From: an uncultured Acidimicrobiales bacterium | Lineage (GTDB): Bacteria > Actinomycetota > Acidimicrobiia > Acidimicrobiales > Iamiaceae | NCBI GenBank assembly: GCA_963800235.1 | Contig: CAWDAD010000003.1 | Coordinates: 776,299 to 840,298 of the forward strand | Length of the DNA: 64,000 bases | Reading direction: 5' to 3' | Program-made: the position numbers and the translations under genes | The notes under the pieces: generated by a model | What the model was told of the DNA's origin: nothing | Databases searched by the model: none | Seen by the model: the letters and a program-made list of their open reading frames with translations, nothing else | Part shown: positions 56,449-64,000 of the stretch, piece after piece | Layout: every line of letters starts with the position of its first letter | Numbering within the stretch: the stretch's first letter is position 1

Positions 56449-58797
56449 GTGCGACACGCGAACATGGCCGACATCGCCGACGTCAGACGACTGCCCGCCG
56501 CGCTGGCCGTGGCCCTCCTGGCCCTGACCGCCGGCCTGGCGGTGGCGCCGGCGGCGATCGGCGCGCCGGGGTCTTCCCGGTCGCCGGGCGCACCCGGGGC
56601 GACGCGGGTCCAGAGCCCCGACGTGCAGGTCGCGGCCGGCTGGGAGGGGCGGGCCCGACCCGGGCGGCTGCTCCCGGTCCGGGTGACGCTGTCGGGGGCG
56701 GCGGCGTCGAGCGACGAGGTCGACGTGCGGGTGCAGTCCGGCAACGGCGGGGTGACCACGACCCGTACCGCACCGACCCGCAAGGGGGCGACCGCCCGGG
56801 CCACCGTGGTGGTGAGCGCGCCCCGCGACGTCGGCGCCTTCACGGTGTCGGTCACCGCCCACCACGGTGGTCGCAGCACCACGACCGACGCCAGCGTCGA
56901 GCCGGCCGGCGACGAGGAGCTGGTCGGCGTGCTGCCCGTCCTCGCCCGTCAGGCGCCGCCTCCCGCCACCGAGCCGCTGTCGGTGCCCATCGGGAACGCC
57001 CGGTTCACCACCGTCGACCTGCCGACCCTGGCCGTCGTCGGCTCGATCGAGCCCCTCGGCACCCTGGCGGCCAACGGGCTCGAGCTGGCCTCCCTCACCG
57101 CCCCCCAGCGCACGAACCTGCTCGCCTGGCTGGCCAAGGGCGGGCGGCTCCTCGTCGACGAGGTCGACGGCCCCATCTCCGGCCTGCCGACCGCCTGGCA
57201 GCCGTCCCGGGCCCGACCCCGGGTCCCGGCCGGGCTGGGCGAGGTCCGCCTGACCGCCAAGCGGCTGGCCCTCGGCGGCTGGTCGGGCGCCATCGAGCCG
57301 ACGCCGACGGTCAGCCCGGCCGACCCCGACATCGTCACCTCGGCCTTCCCCGGCGGCCCCGTGAGCCAGGCCATCGCCCGCGACAGCGGCCTGCGCATCC
57401 CCTCGCTCGGCTCGGTGCTCGCCTTCCTGCTGGGGTACGTGCTGCTGGCCGGGCCGATCACCTTCCTCGTGCTGCACCGCCTGCACCGGGCCGAGCTGGC
57501 GTGGGTCGTGGTGCCCCTGCTGGCCGTCGGCTTCACCGTCGGCGGCTGGTACATCGGCGGGCAGGCCCGGGAGAACACCCGCACCGCCTACAGCGCGGCC
57601 ACCGTCGAGACCCCCGGGGTCGACCTCGACCTCGGCTTCGTCGGCGTGCTGTCACGGCAGGGCGGCGACCGCTCGATCGGGTTCCCGACCGGGTGGTGGG
57701 GCGGCAACGTGGCCAACGAGCTCTACGGCCCGGCCGAGGCTCCGGTGACCACCACGGTCGGCGACGCCGGCGTCCGGGCCCAGGTGTCGCTGGTCGGCGG
57801 CGAGTTCGCGGTGCTGAGCGGCCGGGGACCGGCGCCGGTCACCCACCGGCTCGAGCTGACCTCGGCCGCCACCGCCGACGGCTCGGTCCGGGGCACCGTC
57901 CGCAACACCTCGAACCAGCTCCTGCGCCAGGTGGCGGTCTTCGTCGGCGTCCGCAGCGTGCTCGTCGGCGACCTGGCGCCCGGCGCCACCCGCAGCTACA
58001 CCGTGCCCGCCGGGCCGGCGGCGCGACCCGCCACCGGCGGATCGGCCACCGGCGGCACCACGACCACGACCGCCACGACCACCGGCCCGACCGGGACCGG
58101 CACGACCGGCACCGGCCCGGGGGTGGACGGCAGCGGGGCGCCGGTCGGGACCTACTCCTCGCCCGAGTCGCGGGTCTGGCCGACGGCGACGACCCAGACC
58201 TTCGACCAGCGCACGGGTCCGGTCGACCTCGCCCTGTGGGGCGAGGTCACCCGCCAGCTCGGCCCCGACTTCCGCGCCCCCGGTTCGGCGGTGGCCGCCG
58301 GCTGGGCCGACCGGTTGCCGCCCCCCGGGACCGTCAGCCGGATCAGCGGCGCCCAGGGGCGCACCGCGGTCGTGGCCCGCACGCCGGTCGACCCCGGCAC
58401 GACCCTGCCGGGCATCGCCGTCCGGCGCGACCTGCTGCGCGGCCCGTCCTCGACCCCCATCAACGACGCCAACGGGCCCACCGCCGGGGCGGTGTTCCGC
58501 TTCGTGCTGCCGTCGGCCGACGCCGCCCGCCAGCCGGGCTCGCTCGAGCTGTCGGTCCCTGCCACCCTCAGCCGGGTGGACGTGTGGGACGGCACCCGCT
58601 GGGTGACCATGTCGGGCAGCGACGGCACCGGGCAGACGTCGACGCCGGGCGCCGGCGCCCCGGCCTTCGACGGCCCGCCCACCACGGTGGCCCTGCCCCC
58701 CAAGTCGGTGCAGGCCGGGGTGGTCTACGTCCGCATCGCGGTGCGGCTGAACGGGCCGAGCAACAGCACCGCCGAGCTCCTGCTGCAGGGTCGCTGA
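56449..58797 (+). CDS. Large membrane-anchored, mostly extracytoplasmic protein (782 aa) preceding an ABC ATPase/ABC-2 permease pair; GldG-like accessory component candidate
   Basis: N-terminal signal/TM, two internal TM helices near residues 320-370, Thr/Gly-rich segment (ATGGSATGGTTTTTATTTGPTGTGTTGTGPG). No catalytic motif recognised. Confidence 0.5.
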   Translation: MRHANMADIADVRRLPAALAVALLALTAGLAVAPAAIGAPGSSRSPGAPGATRVQSPDVQVAAGWEGRARPGRLLPVRVTLSGAAASSDEVDVRVQSGNGGVTTTRTAPTRKGATARATVVVSAPRDVGAFTVSVTAHHGGRSTTTDASVEPAGDEELVGVLPVLARQAPPPATEPLSVPIGNARFTTVDLPTLAVVGSIEPLGTLAANGLELASLTAPQRTNLLAWLAKGGRLLVDEVDGPISGLPTAWQPSRARPRVPAGLGEVRLTAKRLALGGWSGAIEPTPTVSPADPDIVTSAFPGGPVSQAIARDSGLRIPSLGSVLAFLLGYVLLAGPITFLVLHRLHRAELAWVVVPLLAVGFTVGGWYIGGQARENTRTAYSAATVETPGVDLDLGFVGVLSRQGGDRSIGFPTGWWGGNVANELYGPAEAPVTTTVGDAGVRAQVSLVGGEFAVLSGRGPAPVTHRLELTSAATADGSVRGTVRNTSNQLLRQVAVFVGVRSVLVGDLAPGATRSYTVPAGPAARPATGGSATGGTTTTTATTTGPTGTGTTGTGPGVDGSGAPVGTYSSPESRVWPTATTQTFDQRTGPVDLALWGEVTRQLGPDFRAPGSAVAAGWADRLPPPGTVSRISGAQGRTAVVARTPVDPGTTLPGIAVRRDLLRGPSSTPINDANGPTAGAVFRFVLPSADAARQPGSLELSVPATLSRVDVWDGTRWVTMSGSDGTGQTSTPGAGAPAFDGPPTTVALPPKSVQAGVVYVRIAVRLNGPSNSTAELLLQGR

Positions 58798-58798
58798 C

Positions 58799-59950
58799 GT
58801 GAGCGCGGTGCCCACCCGACCCCCGTCCACCGAGGGCGGCCGCCCCGGACCCGGTGGCGGCCCGTCCCGACACCGCGACCCCGCCGTCGTCACGAGGGGG
58901 TTGACCAAGCGCTACGGCGAGCTGGTCGCGGTCGACGACCTGGACCTGCACATCGAGGCCGGGAGCGTCTTCGGGCTGATCGGGCCCAACGGCGCCGGCA
59001 AGACGACGACCTTCGCCATGCTGGCCTCGCTCCTCACCCCCACCGCCGGCGACGTCCGGGTCCTGGGGGTCGATCCCACCCGCCACCCGTACGACCTGCG
59101 GCCCCGCCTCGGGTACGTGCCCGACGTGCTCGGCCTCTACGACAACACCCGGGTCGACGAGTACCTGCGCTTCTTCGCGGCGGCCTACGACCTGCCCAAG
59201 AAGCGGTGGGGCGCCGCCGTCGACCGGGTGCTGCAGCTGGCCGAGCTGACCGATCGCCGCCGGTCGATGGTGAACACCCTGTCCCGGGGCATGAAGCAGC
59301 GGCTCAGCCTGGGCCGGGCGCTGCTGCACGATCCCGACCTGCTCATCCTCGACGAGCCGGCGTCGGGCCTCGACCCTCGAGCCCGGGTCGACCTGCGCCG
59401 CCTGCTCGACCAGCTCCGGGGCGAGGGCAAGACCATCGTCATCAGCTCCCACATCCTCGCCGAGCTCGAGGACCTGTGCGACGAGGTGGCGATCCTGCGG
59501 CGGGGCCAGCTCCTCGCCGACGGGCCACCCCGCCGCATCCTCGAGCAGCTCGGCGGCTCCCGGCAGATCCGGGTCCGGCTGGAGGGCGGCGCCGCCCGCA
59601 CCGTCACCGTGTCGAACGAGTCCCACCAGCGCGACCTGCTGCGCCGGCTGGTCGACGAGGGCCTCCCGGTGGTCGAGTACACCCACGTCGAGGCCGGGCT
59701 GGAGGCGCTGTTCCTGCGCCTGACCGCCGACCCGGACGAGGGTGGCGCCGAGCCCGGGGCCGACGCGCTGGCGGCCGCCCTCGACCGGACCGACCCGAAC
59801 GTCGCCGCACCGACGGGTGAGGACGCCGAGGGCCTCGACGGGAAGCGCGGCGGGCGGCGCGCGGAGGGCGGGGACCGCGGCGAGGGGGACGGCGCCGGAG
59901 CGGCGCGACGTGGGCGCCGGCTCCGACGATCGAAGCGGGCCCACCGGTGA
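58799..59950 (+). CDS. ABC transporter ATP-binding protein with a basic/acidic C-terminal tail
   Basis: GTG 58799 is 1 nt after the upstream stop. Walker A GPNGAGKTT, signature LSRGMKQR, Walker B LILDEP, ABC-2 type. Confidence 0.85.
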   Translation: MSAVPTRPPSTEGGRPGPGGGPSRHRDPAVVTRGLTKRYGELVAVDDLDLHIEAGSVFGLIGPNGAGKTTTFAMLASLLTPTAGDVRVLGVDPTRHPYDLRPRLGYVPDVLGLYDNTRVDEYLRFFAAAYDLPKKRWGAAVDRVLQLAELTDRRRSMVNTLSRGMKQRLSLGRALLHDPDLLILDEPASGLDPRARVDLRRLLDQLRGEGKTIVISSHILAELEDLCDEVAILRRGQLLADGPPRRILEQLGGSRQIRVRLEGGAARTVTVSNESHQRDLLRRLVDEGLPVVEYTHVEAGLEALFLRLTADPDEGGAEPGADALAAALDRTDPNVAAPTGEDAEGLDGKRGGRRAEGGDRGEGDGAGAARRGRRLRRSKRAHR

Positions 59951-60825
59951 TGCGCACCAACCCGGTCCTGGCCCGCGAGCTGCGGGTGCGGATGCGCGGC
60001 GCCCGAGCGGCGCTGATGCTCACCATCTACCTGCTGGTGCTGTGCGTGGTCGTGTGGCTCACCTACCAGGCCAAGACCGGCACCGCCGACCTGTTCAGCG
60101 CCCCGGCCGCCACCCAGACCGCCTCCATCGGGCGGGCCATGTTCCAGTGGGTCGTCTTCTTCCTGACCCTGCTCGTGTTCTTCATCGTCCCCGCCCTCAC
60201 CGCCGGGACGGTGGCCGGGGAGCGGGAGCGCCAGACGCTGGTCCCGCTCCAGGTCACCCTGCTCCGGCCCCGCTCCATCGTGCTCGGCAAGCTGGGCGCG
60301 GCGATCGCCTTCCTGGTCCTGCTGCTCGTGGCGTCGCTGCCGCTGCTGACCGTCACCTACGTCATCGGCGGGGTCACCATCGCCCAGGTGGTCGCCGCCG
60401 AGGGCGCCGTGCTCGGCGTCGGCCTGGTCCTGGCCGCCATCTCCCTGGCCTGCTCGGCCTTCTTCAGCCGGGTCCAGACCGCCACCGTCGCCGCCTACGC
60501 CCTGGTGGTGCTGCTCGTCGGCGGCAGCTTCGTGGCCTACGTGGGCGGCGGGATCGTCGACAAGGCCCGCGGCCACGACCCCGCCCACCCGCCGCGCGAG
60601 GTGCTGGTCGTCAACCCGCTCATGGCCACCGCCGACGTGGTGGCGGACCGGCGCATCGGGCCGCTGTCGGTCGACTCGCCGTTCAACGGGCTCCACCAGA
60701 TCGGCAACCGGACCGGGAGCCGGAAGATCTGGCCGGTCGCCTTTCCCACCCTGGCCGGCATCGGGCTGATCGCGCTGGTCGTCGCCGGTCGCCGCCTGCG
60801 GACCCCGGCCGAGCACGAGCGCTGA
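59947..60825 (+). CDS. ABC-2 family permease (GldF/CcmB-like)
   Basis: 292 aa, 6 TM helices. Start overlaps the ATPase stop (GTGATG). Confidence 0.7.
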   Translation: MMRTNPVLARELRVRMRGARAALMLTIYLLVLCVVVWLTYQAKTGTADLFSAPAATQTASIGRAMFQWVVFFLTLLVFFIVPALTAGTVAGERERQTLVPLQVTLLRPRSIVLGKLGAAIAFLVLLLVASLPLLTVTYVIGGVTIAQVVAAEGAVLGVGLVLAAISLACSAFFSRVQTATVAAYALVVLLVGGSFVAYVGGGIVDKARGHDPAHPPREVLVVNPLMATADVVADRRIGPLSVDSPFNGLHQIGNRTGSRKIWPVAFPTLAGIGLIALVVAGRRLRTPAEHER

Positions 60826-60840
60826 GGCTCCTCCCCGGTA

Positions 60841-60884
60841 TCTCGGGACAAGGATCGCGTGGACGCGCGCTCCTTGTCCCGAGA
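60841..60884. repeat. Palindromic element copy C, 15 nt after the ABC-2 permease stop
   Basis: tctcgggacaaggatcgcgtggacgcgcgctccttgtcccgaga. Confidence 0.7.
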
Positions 60885-60951
60885 AGCGCGTGGGTCGGGG
60901 CGGGCGGGTGGCTTCCGGGGGCCACCGGCCGGTTGAGTAGCGTGGCGCCCG

Positions 60952-61875
60952 ATGCTGACCTTGGTGACCGGGGGGGCCGGGTTCATCGGCTCGAACATCG
61001 TCGACGCGCTGCTGGCCCGGGGCGACGAGGTCCGGGTGATCGACGACCTGTCGTCCGGCTTCCCCGAGAACGTCGATGACCGCGCCGAGCTGATCGAGGG
61101 CTCGATCACCGACACCGACCTGCTGACCAAGGCCTGCGACGGGGTCGAGGTGGTCTTCCACCAGGCCGCCCTCCGGTCGGTCTTCCGCTCCGTCGAGCAC
61201 CCCCTGCCCTCCGACGAGGTGAACACCCACGGCACCCTCGGGGTGCTCGAGACGGCCCGACTCGCCGGCGCGCGCCGGGTGGTGTCGGCCAGCTCGAGCA
61301 GCGTGTACGGCGGGGCCGACGTGCGGCCCACGCCCGAGTCCCAGCCCCTGACCCCGCGGTCGCCGTACGCGGTCAGCAAGCTGGCCGGTGAGCACTACTG
61401 CCGGGTCTACGCCGAGCTGTTCGGCCTCGAGACGATCTCGCTGCGGTACTTCAACGTCTACGGGCCGCGCCAGCGACCCGACTCGCAGTACGCCGCCGTC
61501 ATCCCCCTCTTCATCGACGCCCTGCGCACCGCCGACACGCCCGTCGTGCACGGCGACGGGCACCAGAGTCGCGACTTCGCCTTCATCGCCGACGTGGTCG
61601 AGGCCAACCTGCGGGCGGCCACCGCCCCGGCCGAGCGCTGCAGCGGCAAGGCGTACAACATCGCCGGCGGCGGCGAGCACTCGCTGCTCGACCTGCTCGA
61701 CATGCTCGGCCGCATCATCGGGGTGCGGCCCGAGCCGCAGCACGTCGACCCCCGCCCCGGCGACGTGCGCCACACCGAGGCCGACATCGGCGCCGCCGCC
61801 CGCGACCTCGGCTACTCGCCGGCCATCAGCTTCGACGAGGGGCTTCGCCGCACCGTCGACTGGTTCTCGCGCTGA
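60952..61875 (+). CDS. NAD-dependent epimerase/dehydratase (UDP-sugar 4-epimerase-like, extended SDR)
   Basis: 307 aa. TGGAGFIGS, ...SSSSVYG..., YAVSKLAGE (YxxxK). Confidence 0.85.
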   Translation: MLTLVTGGAGFIGSNIVDALLARGDEVRVIDDLSSGFPENVDDRAELIEGSITDTDLLTKACDGVEVVFHQAALRSVFRSVEHPLPSDEVNTHGTLGVLETARLAGARRVVSASSSSVYGGADVRPTPESQPLTPRSPYAVSKLAGEHYCRVYAELFGLETISLRYFNVYGPRQRPDSQYAAVIPLFIDALRTADTPVVHGDGHQSRDFAFIADVVEANLRAATAPAERCSGKAYNIAGGGEHSLLDLLDMLGRIIGVRPEPQHVDPRPGDVRHTEADIGAAARDLGYSPAISFDEGLRRTVDWFSR

Positions 61876-61882
61876 ACCGGCG

Positions 61883-63061
61883 GTGACCGACCCCGGCTGG
61901 ATCCGCTTCGCCGAGCCGTCGGTCACCGACGGCGACATCGAGGCCGTCACCGGCGTGCTGCGCGACGGCTGGATCACCACCGGCGTGCAGAGCGAGCGCC
62001 TCGAGCAGGAGCTGGCCGACCACCTGACCGCCGACCGGCCCGGTGGCGGCCGGGAGGCGCCGCCGCTGCACGTGGTGGCGGTGTCGTCGTGCACCGCCGC
62101 GCTGGAGATCGCCTGGGCCTTCCTCGACCTGCCCGCCGGGGCCCGGGTGGGGGTGCCGACGTGGACCTTCGTCTCCTCGGCGACCTCGGCCATGCACCAG
62201 GGCGCGCAGCCGGTGCTGCTCGACGTCGACGCCGACACCTGCAACCTGGCGCCCGACTCGCTGGCCGCCGCCATCGACGCCGGCCTCGACGCCGTGGTGG
62301 CGGTGCACTTCGGCGGGGTCGCCGTCGACCGGGCGGTGCACGACCTCTGCGGCGAGGCCGGCATCCCCCTCGTCGAGGACGCCGCCCACGCCCTCGGCAG
62401 CCGGGACCACCGGGGACCGGTCGCCGGAGGGGGGACCGTCGGCGCCGCCTTCTCCTTCTACGCCACCAAGAACCTCACCTGCGCCGAGGGGGGCGCCCTG
62501 GCCACCGAGGACCCCGACCTGGCCGACTTCGCCCGGTCCTTCCGCCTCCACGGGATGAGCGCCGACGCCCACGCCCGCTACCGGCCCGGCGCCTCGCCCA
62601 TCTACGACCTGGTCGGCCCGGGCCTGAAGGCCAACCTGCCCGACGTCCTGGCCGCCATGGCCCGCAGCCAGCTCCGGCGGTTCGACGCGCTGCAGGCCCG
62701 CCGGCGCGCCCTGGTCGAGCGGTACCGGGCCGGCCTGGCCGCGATCGACGGGCTGCGCTGCGTGCCCGACCGCCTCGATCCCGGCGGCGCCGACCACCTG
62801 ATGGTCGTGGTGCTGCCCGACGGCGTCGACCGGTCCCAGGTCATCGAGGCCATGCAGCGCGAGCAGGTCGCGACCAGCGTGCACTTCCGCCCGCTGCACC
62901 GGTTCCCCTGGATGGCCGCCCACGCCGGGATCGGTCCCTCCGGGCTCGCTCGGGCCGACGGGCTGGCGCCCCGCACCCTCTCGCTGCCGCTGCACGACCA
63001 CCTCGCCGACGACGACGTCGATCGGGTCGTCGAGGTGCTGGGCGCCGCACTCGCCGGCTGA
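61883..63061 (+). CDS. DegT/DnrJ/EryC1/StrS family PLP-dependent sugar aminotransferase
   Basis: GTG 61883 is 8 nt after the epimerase stop. ...DGWITTGVQSERLEQELADHL..., PLP lysine region FSFYATKNLTCAEGGAL. Confidence 0.8.
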   Translation: MTDPGWIRFAEPSVTDGDIEAVTGVLRDGWITTGVQSERLEQELADHLTADRPGGGREAPPLHVVAVSSCTAALEIAWAFLDLPAGARVGVPTWTFVSSATSAMHQGAQPVLLDVDADTCNLAPDSLAAAIDAGLDAVVAVHFGGVAVDRAVHDLCGEAGIPLVEDAAHALGSRDHRGPVAGGGTVGAAFSFYATKNLTCAEGGALATEDPDLADFARSFRLHGMSADAHARYRPGASPIYDLVGPGLKANLPDVLAAMARSQLRRFDALQARRRALVERYRAGLAAIDGLRCVPDRLDPGGADHLMVVVLPDGVDRSQVIEAMQREQVATSVHFRPLHRFPWMAAHAGIGPSGLARADGLAPRTLSLPLHDHLADDDVDRVVEVLGAALAG

Positions 63062-63092
63062 GCGGAGCCCGGTCCCCGAGCGGGAGCGGCCG

Positions 63093-64000
63093 TCACCCGC
63101 GGAGCGGGGCATGGGCGAAGTCGGCCATGCCCTCGGCGAAGCCGACCTCGGCCTCGAAGCCCAGGTGCTCGGCCGCCCCCCGCGGCGACGCGACCACGTG
63201 GCGGACGTCGCCGAGCCGCCACGCGCCGGTGACCTCGGGGCGGACGTCGGCCGCCGTCGCCGCGGCCAGGACCTCGGCCAGGTCCAGCACGGTGCGGGGT
63301 TCGCCGGACGCCACGTTGAACGCCCCGGTGACCTCGGGCCGGTCCAGCAGCGCGACGAGGTTGGCCCGGGCCACGTCGGTGACGTGCACGAAGTCCCGCC
63401 GCTGACGACCGTCCTCGGTCACCTGGGGCGCCCGTCCGGCCTCCAGCTCGCTGCGGAAGATGCTGGCGACCCCGGCGTAGGGCGTGTCCCGGGGCATCCG
63501 CGGCCCGTAGACGTTGTGGTAGCGGAAGGCGACGACCGGCACGCCGGCCTCGTCGCCGTAGAGGAACGACAGGTGCTCGGTCTGCACCTTCGTCGCGCCG
63601 TAGGCGTTGCGCGGGTCGAACGGCGCCGACTCGTCGACCACGCCCGGCTCGAGCGGCCGGTCGCAGACCGGGCACGGCGGCTCGAACCGGCCGGCGTCGA
63701 GGTCGGCCGGCCGGCGGGCCCCCGGCCGAACCGGACCGTGCGCCGGGCACCGGTAGGCGCCCTCGCCGTAGACGACCATGCTGCTGGCCACCACCAGCCG
63801 ACCGCCGAACCCGGAGCGCCACAGCGCCCGCAGCAGGACCGCCGTGCCCAGGTCGTTGTCGGCGACGTAGTCGACCACGTCGCCGAAGTCGACGCCCAGA
63901 CCGACCCGGGCCGCCTGGTGGGACACGGCGTCGACGCCGGCCACCGCCCTCGCCACCTGCTCGGCGTCGGTCAGGTCGACCCGCCGCAGGTCGACCGCGG
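63093..64000 (-). CDS. NAD-dependent epimerase/dehydratase family protein, 5'-partial (continues beyond the window end), with an inserted Cys4 zinc-ribbon-like segment
   Basis: Only the C-terminal about 290 aa are in the window (...ASSMVVYGEG...YGATK (YxxxK)...). Insert CPAHG...CPVCD between the Ser and Tyr motifs. The Rossmann N-terminus must lie past 64000. Confidence 0.6.
   Translation of the reverse strand, partial: AVDLRRVDLTDAEQVARAVAGVDAVSHQAARVGLGVDFGDVVDYVADNDLGTAVLLRALWRSGFGGRLVVASSMVVYGEGAYRCPAHGPVRPGARRPADLDAGRFEPPCPVCDRPLEPGVVDESAPFDPRNAYGATKVQTEHLSFLYGDEAGVPVVAFRYHNVYGPRMPRDTPYAGVASIFRSELEAGRAPQVTEDGRQRRDFVHVTDVARANLVALLDRPEVTGAFNVASGEPRTVLDLAEVLAAATAADVRPEVTGAWRLGDVRHVVASPRGAAEHLGFEAEVGFAEGMADFAHAPLRG

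Overview
High-GC (about 72%) actinobacterial chromosomal segment, densely coded on both strands, read by eye from the supplied six-frame ORF track and the nucleotides. It looks like core genome with a few accessory insertions and no rRNA or CRISPR array.

Core content:
- maf-dusB and a histidine phosphatase gene.
- An MBOAT O-acyltransferase with a DUF459/SGNH partner.
- accD5-accE5 acyl-CoA carboxylase subunits.
- A repair cluster: ligC divergent from a DUF4388/HTH gene and convergent with a fenA / standalone LigD-polymerase / repeat-rich membrane protein operon.
- An ethylmalonyl-CoA block: ccr and an epimerase intact, an adjacent thiolase broken by several frameshifts.
- The conserved ffs(SRP RNA)-dnaX-ybaB-recR locus.
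- An ECF42-type sigma factor preceded by its YciI partner.
- Divergent copA/csoR copper genes separated by a 22-bp palindrome.
- tadA, xseA/xseB, several ABC transporters and a nucleotide-sugar gene cluster at the right edge.

Accessory or unusual content:
- Two tRNA-Ser genes. The GGA one is followed by a roughly 2.2-kb decayed integrative element: a truncated, frameshifted tyrosine integrase and an overlapping HTH_XRE + nucleotidyltransferase-like pair. The element is closed by a degenerate copy of the tRNA 3' end, right before a flotillin (SPFH) operon.
- A sortase-type (LAXTG) surface protein with an ice-binding-like DUF3494 domain and a long Thr/Pro repeat, next to an unusually AT-rich promoter region and a divergent wHTH regulator.
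- A family of at least four about 44-nt palindromic elements (arms TCTCGGGAC(A) / (T)GTCCCGAGA). Three sit immediately 3' of plus-strand genes and one has an inverted core.
- Paired hairpin repeats in the ligC 3' intergenic region.
- Several coding tandem repeats.

All functional calls come from motif-level recognition of translated ORFs. No database search was run. Start codons in particular are approximate.
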